Shown here one piece after another: positions 1 to 9,104 of a DNA stretch of 32,000 nucleotides. Both the position numbers and the translations under genes were made by a program. The notes beneath the pieces are model-generated. The model did not search any database, was not told where the DNA came from, and worked only from the letters and a program-made list of their open reading frames with translations. Numbering within the stretch: position 1 is the stretch's first letter; every line of letters begins with the position of its first letter. Source of the DNA: Desulfocapsa sulfexigens DSM 10523 (GTDB lineage Bacteria; Desulfobacterota; Desulfobulbia; Desulfobulbales; Desulfocapsaceae); the NCBI RefSeq assembly GCF_000341395.1, contig NC_020304.1:3570001-3602000 (forward strand). Reading direction: 5' to 3'.

Positions 1-533
1 TTCACCTCATCAATCTGGTATCTTGTTATGATGTGGGGACCATATTGAACGCTACTCTGTTCGATATCTCTACTGAGAAAAGGAGCAAGCATCTGCAGCA
101 TTTTCACATTATGACGAGGTCTGGCAATAAGCAGGAGGCGCTCTTCAATAGCCTTGGCCGGATTATCAGCCGAAAAAGACGTTGCCGGAAAAAACGCTAT
201 TGAGAATTCCTTTCCAAGGAGTTCATTAAAGCCGGGGGCATCTAACACAGAACGCATCTTGATCCAGGATTCTTCCATTGTCAGAAGCGAGATTCCCGGT
301 TCACCAAGCTCTGCGGCAATACCTTTGTAATCTATTCCAGCCAGAACCTGGCCCAACCGACTCTCCAAAAAATCCGTATACATACTGGTAAAATCCAACT
401 GTTCCCCATAAAAAAGGACATCGGATGGCAGACAATCTGCGGCCTCGATAGTTTTATCCTGCTTTCCCACAAAAATAAAAAGCAGTCCCAGGCAACAGAC
501 AATCAGGATTACAACAATTCCAACTTTTTTCAT
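1..533 (-). CDS. Hypothetical protein with hydrophobic N-terminal signal/anchor (MKKVGIVVILIVCCLGLLFIF...), C-terminus beyond the window edge
   Basis: Manual reverse-complement reading from ATG at 531..533; open to the window edge; Lys-rich start followed by hydrophobic stretch. Confidence 0.6.
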   Translation of the reverse strand, partial: MKKVGIVVILIVCCLGLLFIFVGKQDKTIEAADCLPSDVLFYGEQLDFTSMYTDFLESRLGQVLAGIDYKGIAAELGEPGISLLTMEESWIKMRSVLDAPGFNELLGKEFSIAFFPATSFSADNPAKAIEERLLLIARPRHNVKMLQMLAPFLSRDIEQSSVQYGPHIITRYQIDEV

Positions 534-551
534 ATTTACATTCTCTTGAAG

Positions 552-1601
552 TTAGGACTTTTCAGGCAACACATTAATTCTTTGATACCGTTCCTTAATA
601 GTTAACCAGACACTTTCCTGACGTAAAAACGAATCAACAACATCAGGATCAAGATGTTCTCCCCGTTCCTGAGTGATAATACTCTTTACCTTCTCATGGG
701 AAAAAGCTTCTTTGTAACATCGCTCACTGGTCATGGCATCATAAATATCAGCAAGGGCCATTATTCGTGCACCAAGAGGAATTGCATCCCCCTTCAAGCC
801 CTCAGGGTACCCTTTTCCATTAAACTTTTCATGGTGATACATGGCAATATCACTGGCGGTTTTCAGATAATGGGATCCCGTTTTTGCAAAAATATCAAGG
901 AGCATCCTTCCACCAATAACAGAGTGTTCTTTCATTATTTCAAACTCTTCACTGGTAAGCTTCCCTGGCTTATGAAGAATATTATCTGGAATTGCTACCT
1001 TCCCGATATCATGCAGAGGAGTAACCTGGGCAATTTCTTCAACAAAAGATGGTGTTAAATGAAATTTCTTACAATTTTCAAGAAGGTCATGGCCCAATAA
1101 CGCAGCATAACGCTGTACTTTCTCAAGGTGGTATCCGGTTTCCTCGCTTCTATATTCAGAAAGCCTGGCCATGGCGAGAATAAGCTCATCCTGGCTCTCC
1201 AGACGCAGGAGACGAATGCCACTCTTAATCCGTAGCTGTAGTTCCTCATTGAAGGCGGGTTTTGTGAGGAAATCATCTGCACCATCGTTCAAGGCTGCAA
1301 CGACGGAATGTTGCGCCTCATGTGAAGTTAGAACAATGATATAGGTATATTTTGTCTGCTCCTGACGGACCCTTCGAATCAACTCAAAACCATCCATAAA
1401 TGGCATATCAAGGTCAGTAACCACAAGCCGGATGTCCGGATTTTCTCTAAACAGCTTCAGTGCCTCAACACCGTTACAGGCTGTAATCACTTCATAACCC
1501 TGCTGTTCCACAAGCATTCTGATCAGCATCAACTGAGCCGAATCATCATCAACAATAAGGATAGAAAGCTTCCGGGTTTGCAACATACTCTTATCAATCA
1601 T
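552..1601 (-). CDS. Response regulator with N-terminal receiver and C-terminal HD-GYP domain (putative c-di-GMP phosphodiesterase)
   Basis: Receiver signature LSILIVDDDSAQ...LVVTDLDMPFMDG; HD-GYP signature HDIGKVAIPDNIL and YHHEKFNGKGYPEGLKG. Start taken at MIDKSM (1601); ORF track extends to 1619. Confidence 0.93.
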   Translation of the reverse strand: MIDKSMLQTRKLSILIVDDDSAQLMLIRMLVEQQGYEVITACNGVEALKLFRENPDIRLVVTDLDMPFMDGFELIRRVRQEQTKYTYIIVLTSHEAQHSVVAALNDGADDFLTKPAFNEELQLRIKSGIRLLRLESQDELILAMARLSEYRSEETGYHLEKVQRYAALLGHDLLENCKKFHLTPSFVEEIAQVTPLHDIGKVAIPDNILHKPGKLTSEEFEIMKEHSVIGGRMLLDIFAKTGSHYLKTASDIAMYHHEKFNGKGYPEGLKGDAIPLGARIMALADIYDAMTSERCYKEAFSHEKVKSIITQERGEHLDPDVVDSFLRQESVWLTIKERYQRINVLPEKS

Positions 1602-4600
1602 TGTGGCCCCCATTCTCAATCAATGCTTGAAGGGATTCGGTCAACTGGCGAAAAAGAGATGCATACTCACGAATATCACTTTTCTTTGCAGAAATATGGA
1701 GCATTCTTGCCAGTTCTATCTGTGTTACAAGTCCTAATCCCATCAGCGTTCCCTTTATTTTATGCGCAATGGATTCCAGTATAACGATTTGATTCAGTGC
1801 AAGAGCCTGAGATGCCTCCTGAATGGATAATTTCAGTGATCGAACCGACTCATCCAGCAGTTCCGTAAGCTGCTTTTCCTCCAGTGGATAGACCGACCGA
1901 AGGTGCTCCCAAGCTATTTTTCGTAAATCTTCTCCATTCGCTTCCTGTTTTTCTCCTGAACTTCCTGCCTCCTGAAATCCATCCTGAGAGTCAACAGTAA
2001 GCGGATATTTTGTTATCTGTTGAATAATTTTATTTATTGCGTCACGAGTGAACGGTTTTGCAAGAAATTCATCCATGCCGGCTTCTCGACACTGTTTTCT
2101 GGACTCATCGTCAAGATTACCTGTCAGGGCAACAACCGGAATATGGCCACCCTGTAGAAAATTGGTTTTTTTTCCAGCCCACTGTTCAAATATTTCTGAT
2201 TCCAGCCCATTCCTCTCACAGTCACGTATAATTTTTGTGGCCTGCAAACCATCAAGAACAGGCATTTGCATATCCATAAAGATAATATCAAATCGTTTCT
2301 CTACAAGTTTCTCAAGAGCTATCTGTCCATTATCAGCAACAGTTATCCTATGACCATGGTACTCTAATAACAGAGAAACTATTTTTTGATTAAAAGAATC
2401 ATCATCCACCAAAAGAACATCCAGCTTCCTCCTGTTTGAGGCATCAAGGATTTCACGGATGGTGCGGAGAAGAGTCCGGGACTCTATGGGCTTTGTCATG
2501 TAAGCCGAGAATCCGTCATCAAAACTCTGTTTACTGTTCATCGTTTTGCTGAATCCCGTACACAATATCATAGGGATGTCTGACCTGATTGCCAGAATCT
2601 GTTTACCAAGTAGCTCTCCAGAAAGGTTGGGCATATTCATATCCGTAACAACAATATCAAACTGGGAAGGATCTTTTCGGAAATGATTCAACGCTTCAAG
2701 ACTGCTAACAAACGTTGTCACTGTATACCCGTGTAATTCAAGAAGTTCGGAAATCACGTCAAGAATCCACTTTTCATCATCAACCAGCAGAATTCTTTCA
2801 GTTCCGCCATGAACTTCAGGAAGATCAACGTCAGCAGCAGTAATAATTTCCTGATCTGCCAGAAGCGGGAAAAGAAGTTCAAAGGTGGTTCCCTTGCCGG
2901 GCGCACTTTTGACCGTTATATGACCATCATGCCCCTGAACAATCCCATGGACAACAGCGAGACCAAGTCCGGTACCTTCACCGCTCTTTTTGGTTGTAAA
3001 GTATGGTTCAAAAATCATTTTCTGAGTAGCCTTGTCCATACCACAGCCAGTATCGCTAATCTCAACAGACAAATATTGCCCAACAGGAAGACTCACCTTT
3101 GCTGAATGTTTTTTTTCTGTAATATTTTCTTCCGAAAGTGAAATCTTCAAACATCCGCCAGTATCCTGCATGGAATGATATCCATTGGTACACAGATTGA
3201 GAATAACCTGATGGATCTGAGTTGCGTCGGCAAGGATCAGACGATCACAATCAATGTCAGTGATTATTTCCACCGTAGTTGGAATGGTTGCACGTAATAG
3301 TTTCACAACTTCTTTTACCACTGTTGCAACGCACAGGGGCTGTTTTTTCTGCTGTCCTCTACGTCCAATGGAGAGTATCTGCTCCACAAGATCTCTTGCT
3401 CTGAAAGATGCACTTAACCCTGATGAGAGATACTTGTCCAATTTTTCCGGAGAGAGATGTCCAGCTCTAGCTAACTCGATATTTCCTATAATGGCGGCCA
3501 GAATATTGTTAAAATCGTGGGCGATACCACCTGCAAGGGTTCCGATAGCCTCCATTTTCTGCGACTGTCGCAGGGCATCTTCATGCTTTCTCTGCTCGGT
3601 GATATCTGTACTCATTCCTATCAGGTATTTTTGGCCTTCATACTCAAACAAACTTCCGTTTATCAGGTATGGAATCCGGCCCTGATCCAGAGAAACCATC
3701 TCAACTTCTACGCTCACAGGGTGTTGCGTAGCGAATACATGTTGAATAGCCTCAGTAAACTTTTTTCTATCCTCTGGCACTACACGATCTAGAAATTGAT
3801 ACCCTGCGACTTCATCTTCAGAAACCCCAAGTTTTTCCCTGTATCTATCATTGAAGAGTATGGCCTTCAAATCCTCATTATAGACAACAAAAAGTCCAGG
3901 AAGACTGTTGATAATCGCATCAGAAAACACCTTTTCACGAAGGAGTTGCTGTTCCGTTCGCAGCTGGACGCCCACCCCATTTTGTAAACGCTTTCGCATT
4001 TCGTTCAAGGAAGAAACTATTCGATCGAGTTCATCTTGGTGACCAGGTGCTGATTTTTTTCTATCCAGCTGCAGTTCCTGATCAAGAGTACTGATTCTAA
4101 GATCCCCAGCAAATTTCGCTATTTTATTGATATGTCTATTGTATTTAAACAAGAACAGTCCCAGTATGAACACTCCCGACAGGAACAGGACTATCATTTC
4201 CGTTACCAAAACCAAGGGGAAATGATGCCTTAATCGATCATGGAGGCGATCAGGGGCGGCATAGATCGTAATTTTTCCAAGTTCAACGGATTTCTCTTTT
4301 AACTGTTTTGCAAGGCTGAATCCATGCACAACAAGATCATCCGTCTCCACAGGAACAGCTCCTGACTGGAATCTGTCGCCATAACTGTTTATGAGCACAA
4401 CAGCCTTAACATCAGGATACTGCAAAATACTTTTCAATTGAATATCAATCCCTTCCTGGTCCATGTTCCAAAGGTTCTTGGTGAGAGAATCTGCATGACT
4501 TCCCTGTAACTCTACAAGGTTCTGACGGATGGTATCAATCTCATCGTCATGAACAATCCACAGACGCAGTGTAGCCAGAAGAAAGGCAATCAACAGGGAG

Positions 4601-4665
4601 AAGCATACGACATAAGCGACAAGACGAACAAGAAGAGGATACTGTTTAAAAATACGCGCTGGCAT
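1594..4665 (-). CDS. Hybrid sensor histidine kinase: TM-sensor region, HAMP-like region, PAS, HisKA/HATPase, two receivers, C-terminal HPt-like region
   Basis: GTLAGGIAHDFNNILAAIIGN H-box, DTGCGMD/GEGTGLGLAVVHGIV ATP-binding motifs, receivers ILLVDDEKWIL...VVTDMNMP and VLLVDDDSFNQ...IIFMDMQMPVLDG, AHKIKGTLMGLG near the C-terminus. Confidence 0.93.
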   Translation of the reverse strand: MPARIFKQYPLLVRLVAYVVCFSLLIAFLLATLRLWIVHDDEIDTIRQNLVELQGSHADSLTKNLWNMDQEGIDIQLKSILQYPDVKAVVLINSYGDRFQSGAVPVETDDLVVHGFSLAKQLKEKSVELGKITIYAAPDRLHDRLRHHFPLVLVTEMIVLFLSGVFILGLFLFKYNRHINKIAKFAGDLRISTLDQELQLDRKKSAPGHQDELDRIVSSLNEMRKRLQNGVGVQLRTEQQLLREKVFSDAIINSLPGLFVVYNEDLKAILFNDRYREKLGVSEDEVAGYQFLDRVVPEDRKKFTEAIQHVFATQHPVSVEVEMVSLDQGRIPYLINGSLFEYEGQKYLIGMSTDITEQRKHEDALRQSQKMEAIGTLAGGIAHDFNNILAAIIGNIELARAGHLSPEKLDKYLSSGLSASFRARDLVEQILSIGRRGQQKKQPLCVATVVKEVVKLLRATIPTTVEIITDIDCDRLILADATQIHQVILNLCTNGYHSMQDTGGCLKISLSEENITEKKHSAKVSLPVGQYLSVEISDTGCGMDKATQKMIFEPYFTTKKSGEGTGLGLAVVHGIVQGHDGHITVKSAPGKGTTFELLFPLLADQEIITAADVDLPEVHGGTERILLVDDEKWILDVISELLELHGYTVTTFVSSLEALNHFRKDPSQFDIVVTDMNMPNLSGELLGKQILAIRSDIPMILCTGFSKTMNSKQSFDDGFSAYMTKPIESRTLLRTIREILDASNRRKLDVLLVDDDSFNQKIVSLLLEYHGHRITVADNGQIALEKLVEKRFDIIFMDMQMPVLDGLQATKIIRDCERNGLESEIFEQWAGKKTNFLQGGHIPVVALTGNLDDESRKQCREAGMDEFLAKPFTRDAINKIIQQITKYPLTVDSQDGFQEAGSSGEKQEANGEDLRKIAWEHLRSVYPLEEKQLTELLDESVRSLKLSIQEASQALALNQIVILESIAHKIKGTLMGLGLVTQIELARMLHISAKKSDIREYASLFRQLTESLQALIENGGHND

Positions 4666-4935
4666 ATGTATTCCATTACAATAATAGAGAATCTGTTTCG
4701 AAAGGCTGTACCGGCTTACAGATTCTGCAGCAGAAAATCAGGCGTTTTCTTATCAAAAAGTCCTGCATACAGGGAATATATTGAACCATTTCCCAGACTA
4801 CAAAAATCACGGAGAGATTAATATGATAGCTAATATTTAATCATTTAAAGGAAGACAAAGTCAAATCTATTCCGAAGTCCCTGACACCACAATACCATCA
4901 CTACGTTTCCAGGTGGACGTTATCTCCGCTCAAGA

Positions 4936-5143
4936 GGTTATCCGTTTCGACGATACTGGACTGCTTCGGCAATATGTGATATTTTAAGAAGTTCCTTATT
5001 ATCCATATCAGCGATTGTTCGGGCGATTTTAAGAATACGATGATATCCCCTGGCAGAAAGGCCAAGCTTTTCCACGCTTCTTTGCAATAAACGCTTTGCC
5101 GTTGCATCAACCTTGCAATATTTTTCCACTTCAGCTGGGCCAA
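4936..5143 (-). pseudogene. Detached 3'-end fragment of comM/yifB (~208 bp)
   Basis: EKYCKVDATAKRLLQRSVEKLGLSARGYHRILKIARTIADMDNKELLKISHIAEAVQYRRNG nearly identical to the C-terminus of the complete comM at 22726..24246; DNA match also near-perfect and stops at about 5143. Confidence 0.9.
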
Positions 5144-5325
5144 AAACTCACTATAATTGACATAGTCTCTTTGCAGCATTTTGAAAAGAATGAAAAAAAA
5201 CTTGGAAAAGATTAGTGTAGAAGATCAATCAGATTCTGACAGCAGGTCATGGGGCAAAGGAAGGGCAGGATTAGCTTTTGCAGTCAAACCCCACACCCTA
5301 CTGGACACCTCTGTTCGAGTAGTAA

Positions 5326-6207
5326 TCATTCCCTTTCTCTCCATTTGTCAATCTGATGCTGGAACGGATAGGGAACATCCCCATTTTGTTCGGGATAATC
5401 AGCACTACCGGTCTCCAGATTCAAATCAGTGAAATCGGAGAGTAGTGGCTCGGATGCATGCAGGTATTTTGTGATCATTATCGGCCCGGCCCACAGGATA
5501 TACTGTTCGTTGTATTCTGCTTCAACTGAGGCTGATTGTGGAACCATCACCAGCTGCCCGCTGAGATGGTCAATGGCCATAACCTCAAGGGCAGTTTTGG
5601 CTCTCAGTATTTCATTATTAGCCAGGAACCATTCAATTCTGGTTCGCACGGTTCCAAACACATCCACTGTAACATATACATCGATTTCAGCTTCCGAAGG
5701 TGGTACAACTGCTACCCCCTGCAGAAAAAAGTAAGTCTGTAATAGACCCGAAAGGTATTGCAGATCATCAGATGTTATTTCCTCTGAGTTATGGTACGCT
5801 CCCAGTCCCTTATATTCCAGACCGATTTGTATTTCATTTCCACTTCCTGTTGTTTCGGTATGTTTCTGTTCAGGTACGGCAAGAACTGAATCCGTAGAAC
5901 TTCTGCTGGAGGACGAGGTACGACTTTTCGTATTTTGATCACTGCTTTGTGAATCGGTAGTTGATGTGGACGAGCCAGAGGTCATCGATTGATATCGACG
6001 AAAAGTTGATTTTTCAATCACGGGAGGCGATTGAATATAATCCCCACGTACCTGCGAAACGAGAGAGAATCGACCGCCAATCAGGTTTCCTGCGCCCGTA
6101 TCTCCAATAGCACTCACATAAAGATTAACTTTTTTACCACGTATCGTTGTAAGATCAATTTTCTTTATCGTTGCACGTGTTGCGGCTGCGACCAACTCCT
6201 GCTCCAC
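5326..6207 (-). CDS. Conserved-looking hypothetical protein, probably missing its N-terminus
   Basis: 293 aa ORF from GTG; the frame stays open a few codons upstream (PPGHGGGKRFAVEQELVAAATRATIKKIDL) to a stop lying in an inserted ggggtcaagtctgcctttgacc element; low-complexity Ser/Thr segment. Confidence 0.55.
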   Translation of the reverse strand: MEQELVAAATRATIKKIDLTTIRGKKVNLYVSAIGDTGAGNLIGGRFSLVSQVRGDYIQSPPVIEKSTFRRYQSMTSGSSTSTTDSQSSDQNTKSRTSSSSRSSTDSVLAVPEQKHTETTGSGNEIQIGLEYKGLGAYHNSEEITSDDLQYLSGLLQTYFFLQGVAVVPPSEAEIDVYVTVDVFGTVRTRIEWFLANNEILRAKTALEVMAIDHLSGQLVMVPQSASVEAEYNEQYILWAGPIMITKYLHASEPLLSDFTDLNLETGSADYPEQNGDVPYPFQHQIDKWRERE

Positions 6208-6245
6208 GGCGAAGCGTTTCCCTCCACCGTGTCCTGGGGGAGTCA

Positions 6246-6267
6246 GGGGTCAAGTCTGCCTTTGACC
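6246..6267. repeat. REP/MITE-like palindromic unit, family C (ggggtcaagtctgcctttgacc)
   Basis: Same unit as at 6526..6547 and, inverted, at 6680..6701. Confidence 0.7.
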
Positions 6268-6520
6268 TTTGTAAACTTTTTTCCTTATCGTTCAAGGTCT
6301 TTTCTCGGTCCACTGTCACTCTCAATTCTAAATTCCACTCGCTGGACAACACTACTTTCCTAAAAATGAGAACACCGTTACCTGGCCTTATAGTCCCCCC
6401 AATTGAACCCCAAGGACAAAACTAACCTGTGTCAAGGGATTATTTGTCGATTATTCATCCAGTTACCTAGATCAGTCCCCATTGCCCACAGGCTGTTATA
6501 CAGAAAAAAAATTAGTCAGA

Positions 6521-6706
6521 AAAAAGGGGTCAAGCCTGCCCTTGACCTTTCTCTTCAATCGAGCAGCGAATGATATGGGCAACCCTTTAGTTTACCGACT
6601 ATTTTCCACATAGCCAAGCGCAAAAAAAACATGGGAGCAGAAATTCCAGGTTGATTTGATATCACACATTCACCACAAAGGTCAAAGGGAGACTTGACCC
6701 CTTTTT
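6521..6706. repeat. Small MITE/REP-doublet-like element with terminal inverted repeats, ~186 bp
   Basis: Left end aaaaaggggtcaagcctgcccttgaccttt (6521..6550) and right end aaaggtcaaagggagacttgacccctttttt-type sequence (6677..6706) are inverted copies matching at 27 of 30 positions by manual alignment. Confidence 0.7.
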
Positions 6707-8011
6707 TTTTACAATCAATTCACCTTCCAGGTTACCGAAAATATAATGCCTGTCTGTAAAATCCGGTACGCCGTTTCCTGCATAGGCATCTATGCCAAGG
6801 GTTGTGTCACAAAACTGCATATCATCGCCGGTGGGGGAAAGTGTATCTTCATGCATTGTTTGATAGAGAAAGAGGGAACGATCTTCGAGATATTGGGTTG
6901 AATATTCGGCAGCCACCAGATTGACATAGCCTGGCTGGTTGCCAGAGATGGCAAAACCAGCTAACGCGTTTAAGGCAAAAAGAAAGGCGTTGTCATTTTC
7001 TGCAGCACTTCGGAGAGCTTCGGCAGAATGCTCATGCAGTGATGTTACCGTCAAACCAGTCAGGCTATGGTCGTTGGCATACCCGGTTAATTCAATGGCA
7101 AGATCAACAGAGACCTGGGTGGGGTCAATACCGGCCTGAAAAACATTATTAACAACCGATAAGGCATGCTCATCGGGCATTTTTTCCAGAAAAGGGGTAA
7201 AGTCATCGGGATTATCACTGCCGCTGATGGTCGAGAAAAGATTGTAGATGCATAGAGAAGAGGTTAATCCAACGATACTGTGAGCAGTCAGTGGATTTTG
7301 TGCATCAACAGATATAATAATTGGTGTGGAGACGGAAAGGCCGACGGACGAAACAATATCGTCCGTTGCGACAATATTAGAAACTGGCAACACAGTAGGA
7401 AGAGCAATAGGATTATCTGGTGAAAGAGCACTTGAGATGGCTTCAATAATATTGCCGCCGACACCTGTCACCCCTGGTGCGTTGTAGATAAAGGTTTGTG
7501 TCACATCTGTAGAATATTCAAGTGTGAGATTGGTGGCAAGAAAACCGCCCAGTGAATGTCCCGTTACTAAAAAACCGGAATGAAGATCACCTAAATCCAC
7601 CCATTTTTCTACTTGCGCTGAAAGTGCTTTGTATTGTGCTTGGTATTCACTTGTGCCCAGTGCCCCAATATCAATAACGTCGGTAATAACGTCGTTAAGA
7701 TCGTTAGTGCCGCGCACGGCAATTACTTGTTTACCACTGCTATCCTCAAAAAGTGTTACTGATAAACCGGTAGGATTGAGAAAGGTATGCTCCAAACCAA
7801 ATTCGTCAACGTAACTCTCTTCGACAGTTCCATCGTATTGGTCGATAACATTCCAATTACTGGAGAAATCTTGGGCTTGGGTGAGCGTCATGCCATTGCC
7901 ATTGTTTTGTAATGCATCGGTATAATCTTTACCAGACATTCCTGGAGACAGATTTGAGTATGATGCAAGTGCAAGTTCAGCTTGTAGGTAATATTCACTA
8001 ATCGTACTCAT
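6662..8011 (-). CDS. Lipase-like (GHSLGG) protein, C-terminally truncated relative to RTX-bearing homolog at 13960..17421
   Basis: VIAVRGT, VTGHSLGG and a possible catalytic His (AHSIVGL); C-terminal ~170 aa match the homolog up to YIFGNLEGELI, then sequence switches to repeat-encoded KKKGSSLPLTFVVNV. Confidence 0.8.
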   Translation of the reverse strand: MSTISEYYLQAELALASYSNLSPGMSGKDYTDALQNNGNGMTLTQAQDFSSNWNVIDQYDGTVEESYVDEFGLEHTFLNPTGLSVTLFEDSSGKQVIAVRGTNDLNDVITDVIDIGALGTSEYQAQYKALSAQVEKWVDLGDLHSGFLVTGHSLGGFLATNLTLEYSTDVTQTFIYNAPGVTGVGGNIIEAISSALSPDNPIALPTVLPVSNIVATDDIVSSVGLSVSTPIIISVDAQNPLTAHSIVGLTSSLCIYNLFSTISGSDNPDDFTPFLEKMPDEHALSVVNNVFQAGIDPTQVSVDLAIELTGYANDHSLTGLTVTSLHEHSAEALRSAAENDNAFLFALNALAGFAISGNQPGYVNLVAAEYSTQYLEDRSLFLYQTMHEDTLSPTGDDMQFCDTTLGIDAYAGNGVPDFTDRHYIFGNLEGELIVKKKGSSLPLTFVVNV

Positions 8012-8571
8012 TTTTTATATTCCTTTGTGAAAATTGAAGATTCAAAATTGGAGTTTCCAGTGATATCGAAGCATGAGAAACTTGATCCATGCCATAATCC
8101 AGGCAAATCACCACCACCTCGACCATAACGGACATATTCACCTAACACTTTACCATCAATACGTCTGACAATTCGAGTTTGCTTGCGTGTTACCTGAGGA
8201 TCATTTCTGTGGTAATAAAAAAGGTCACTTTCATAAAAATAATTATCCGTCGGTTTTGCTTTGGATTTGTCTGGTATTTTAATTCTACCAAATTTGTCAA
8301 TTAGGTCAGGCGGTAGCTCCACAGTTTCATAGACTTTTACACCACCATCTTTTGCACAGAGCTTCTCCACTTTGAGATCCCAATATATCTTCTTGCCAGC
8401 TACTTCCCAGAAAGTTCCGCCAAGCCAGACCGAAGAAAGAAGCACTCCAAGAAGGATATGTGAAATCTTTTGTGTTAAGTTCGCAGGCTTCCAATGTTGC
8501 CAGATACGATAGAGTACCCAGCTCACAAACAGCCAAATTGCAATCAGTGTTAATAAATAAATCCCGCTCAT
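8008..8571 (-). CDS. Small membrane protein with two predicted N-terminal TM segments, partner of the downstream lipase-like gene
   Basis: 187 aa; two hydrophobic segments, GTFWEVAGKK and DGGVKVYETVELP motif; ATGA overlap (8008..8011) with the downstream gene start. Confidence 0.8.
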   Translation of the reverse strand: MSGIYLLTLIAIWLFVSWVLYRIWQHWKPANLTQKISHILLGVLLSSVWLGGTFWEVAGKKIYWDLKVEKLCAKDGGVKVYETVELPPDLIDKFGRIKIPDKSKAKPTDNYFYESDLFYYHRNDPQVTRKQTRIVRRIDGKVLGEYVRYGRGGGDLPGLWHGSSFSCFDITGNSNFESSIFTKEYKK

Positions 8572-8637
8572 GCTGCCACCCTCCAGTCAAATCTTGTGCC
8601 GTCGCCGTAATCACCCATAATGAAATCTCCGTGGATA

Positions 8638-8890
8638 AATGGGGTCAGAGTAATTTTAAACTCCGCCCCATCAAGAAGATAAATAAAACAACAATCGTAG
8701 CAATCCATTATTTTTCACTAAGAGTGAAATAATTAACATCAAAACGGAGAAGCATCAACATCTAACATCTGTTATATTAGTACGTTATAGATGCCTAAGT
8801 GCTAACATCATTGTCATTTCAATGCCTCCAGATGTTTTCCTAAAAATTAAAGATAAAAAATAATAAAAACAACATTTTCAAGCTGTTCTC
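8638..8890. repeat. Intergenic repeat, copy 1 (similar to about 22160..22372)
   Basis: Shared strings such as catcaacatctaac/catcaacacttaat, tgtcatttcaatg.ctccagatgttttcctaaaaatt, ttctctgt. Confidence 0.65.
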
Positions 8891-8902
8891 TGTTCGGTGA
8901 CA

Positions 8903-9018
8903 ACGGGGTCGGACCAAATTAACAGTTTGAATATTAAACATTTTATCTCCAAAAGCAGATCTTTCTGGGGCTTAAAACACCCTTTTCAGTATCAAAAACA
9001 GTACTGTAAAGAATGTGG
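8903..9018 (-). pseudogene. RAYT transposase C-terminal tail relic plus REP-like motif
   Basis: acggggtcggacc at 8903..8915; reverse strand encodes a degenerate TVFDTEKGVLSPRKICFWR, cf. STVFDAEKGTLSHKNTYYWRQNV of the full RAYT. Confidence 0.65.
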
Positions 9019-9104
9019 TTACAATAAAGCTAAAACCCCGATGGTACTCAACCGCTCTATCTCATCACTCTCAATCCCAACAAGCACAGGGCAAGTGAAC
9101 CTGA
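9019..9104 (-). pseudogene. Fragment of a TIGR03032-like gene 3' end
   Basis: Encodes RFTCPVLVGIESDEIERLSTIGVLALL-stop, cf. GSICPLLVGFESDEIERMITIGPAATL-stop of the complete gene at 21038. Confidence 0.8.

Noticed and set aside
2809-3685. Plus-strand ORFs antisense to the hybrid histidine kinase
   Set aside because: The minus strand has clear domain signatures over the whole interval; the antisense ORFs have no recognisable motifs.
5181-5432. 83 aa plus-strand ORF just inside the left edge of the accessory block
   Set aside because: Partly overlaps the 293 aa gene on the opposite strand and has no recognisable motif; could not be supported as a gene or as an integrase/excisionase remnant.
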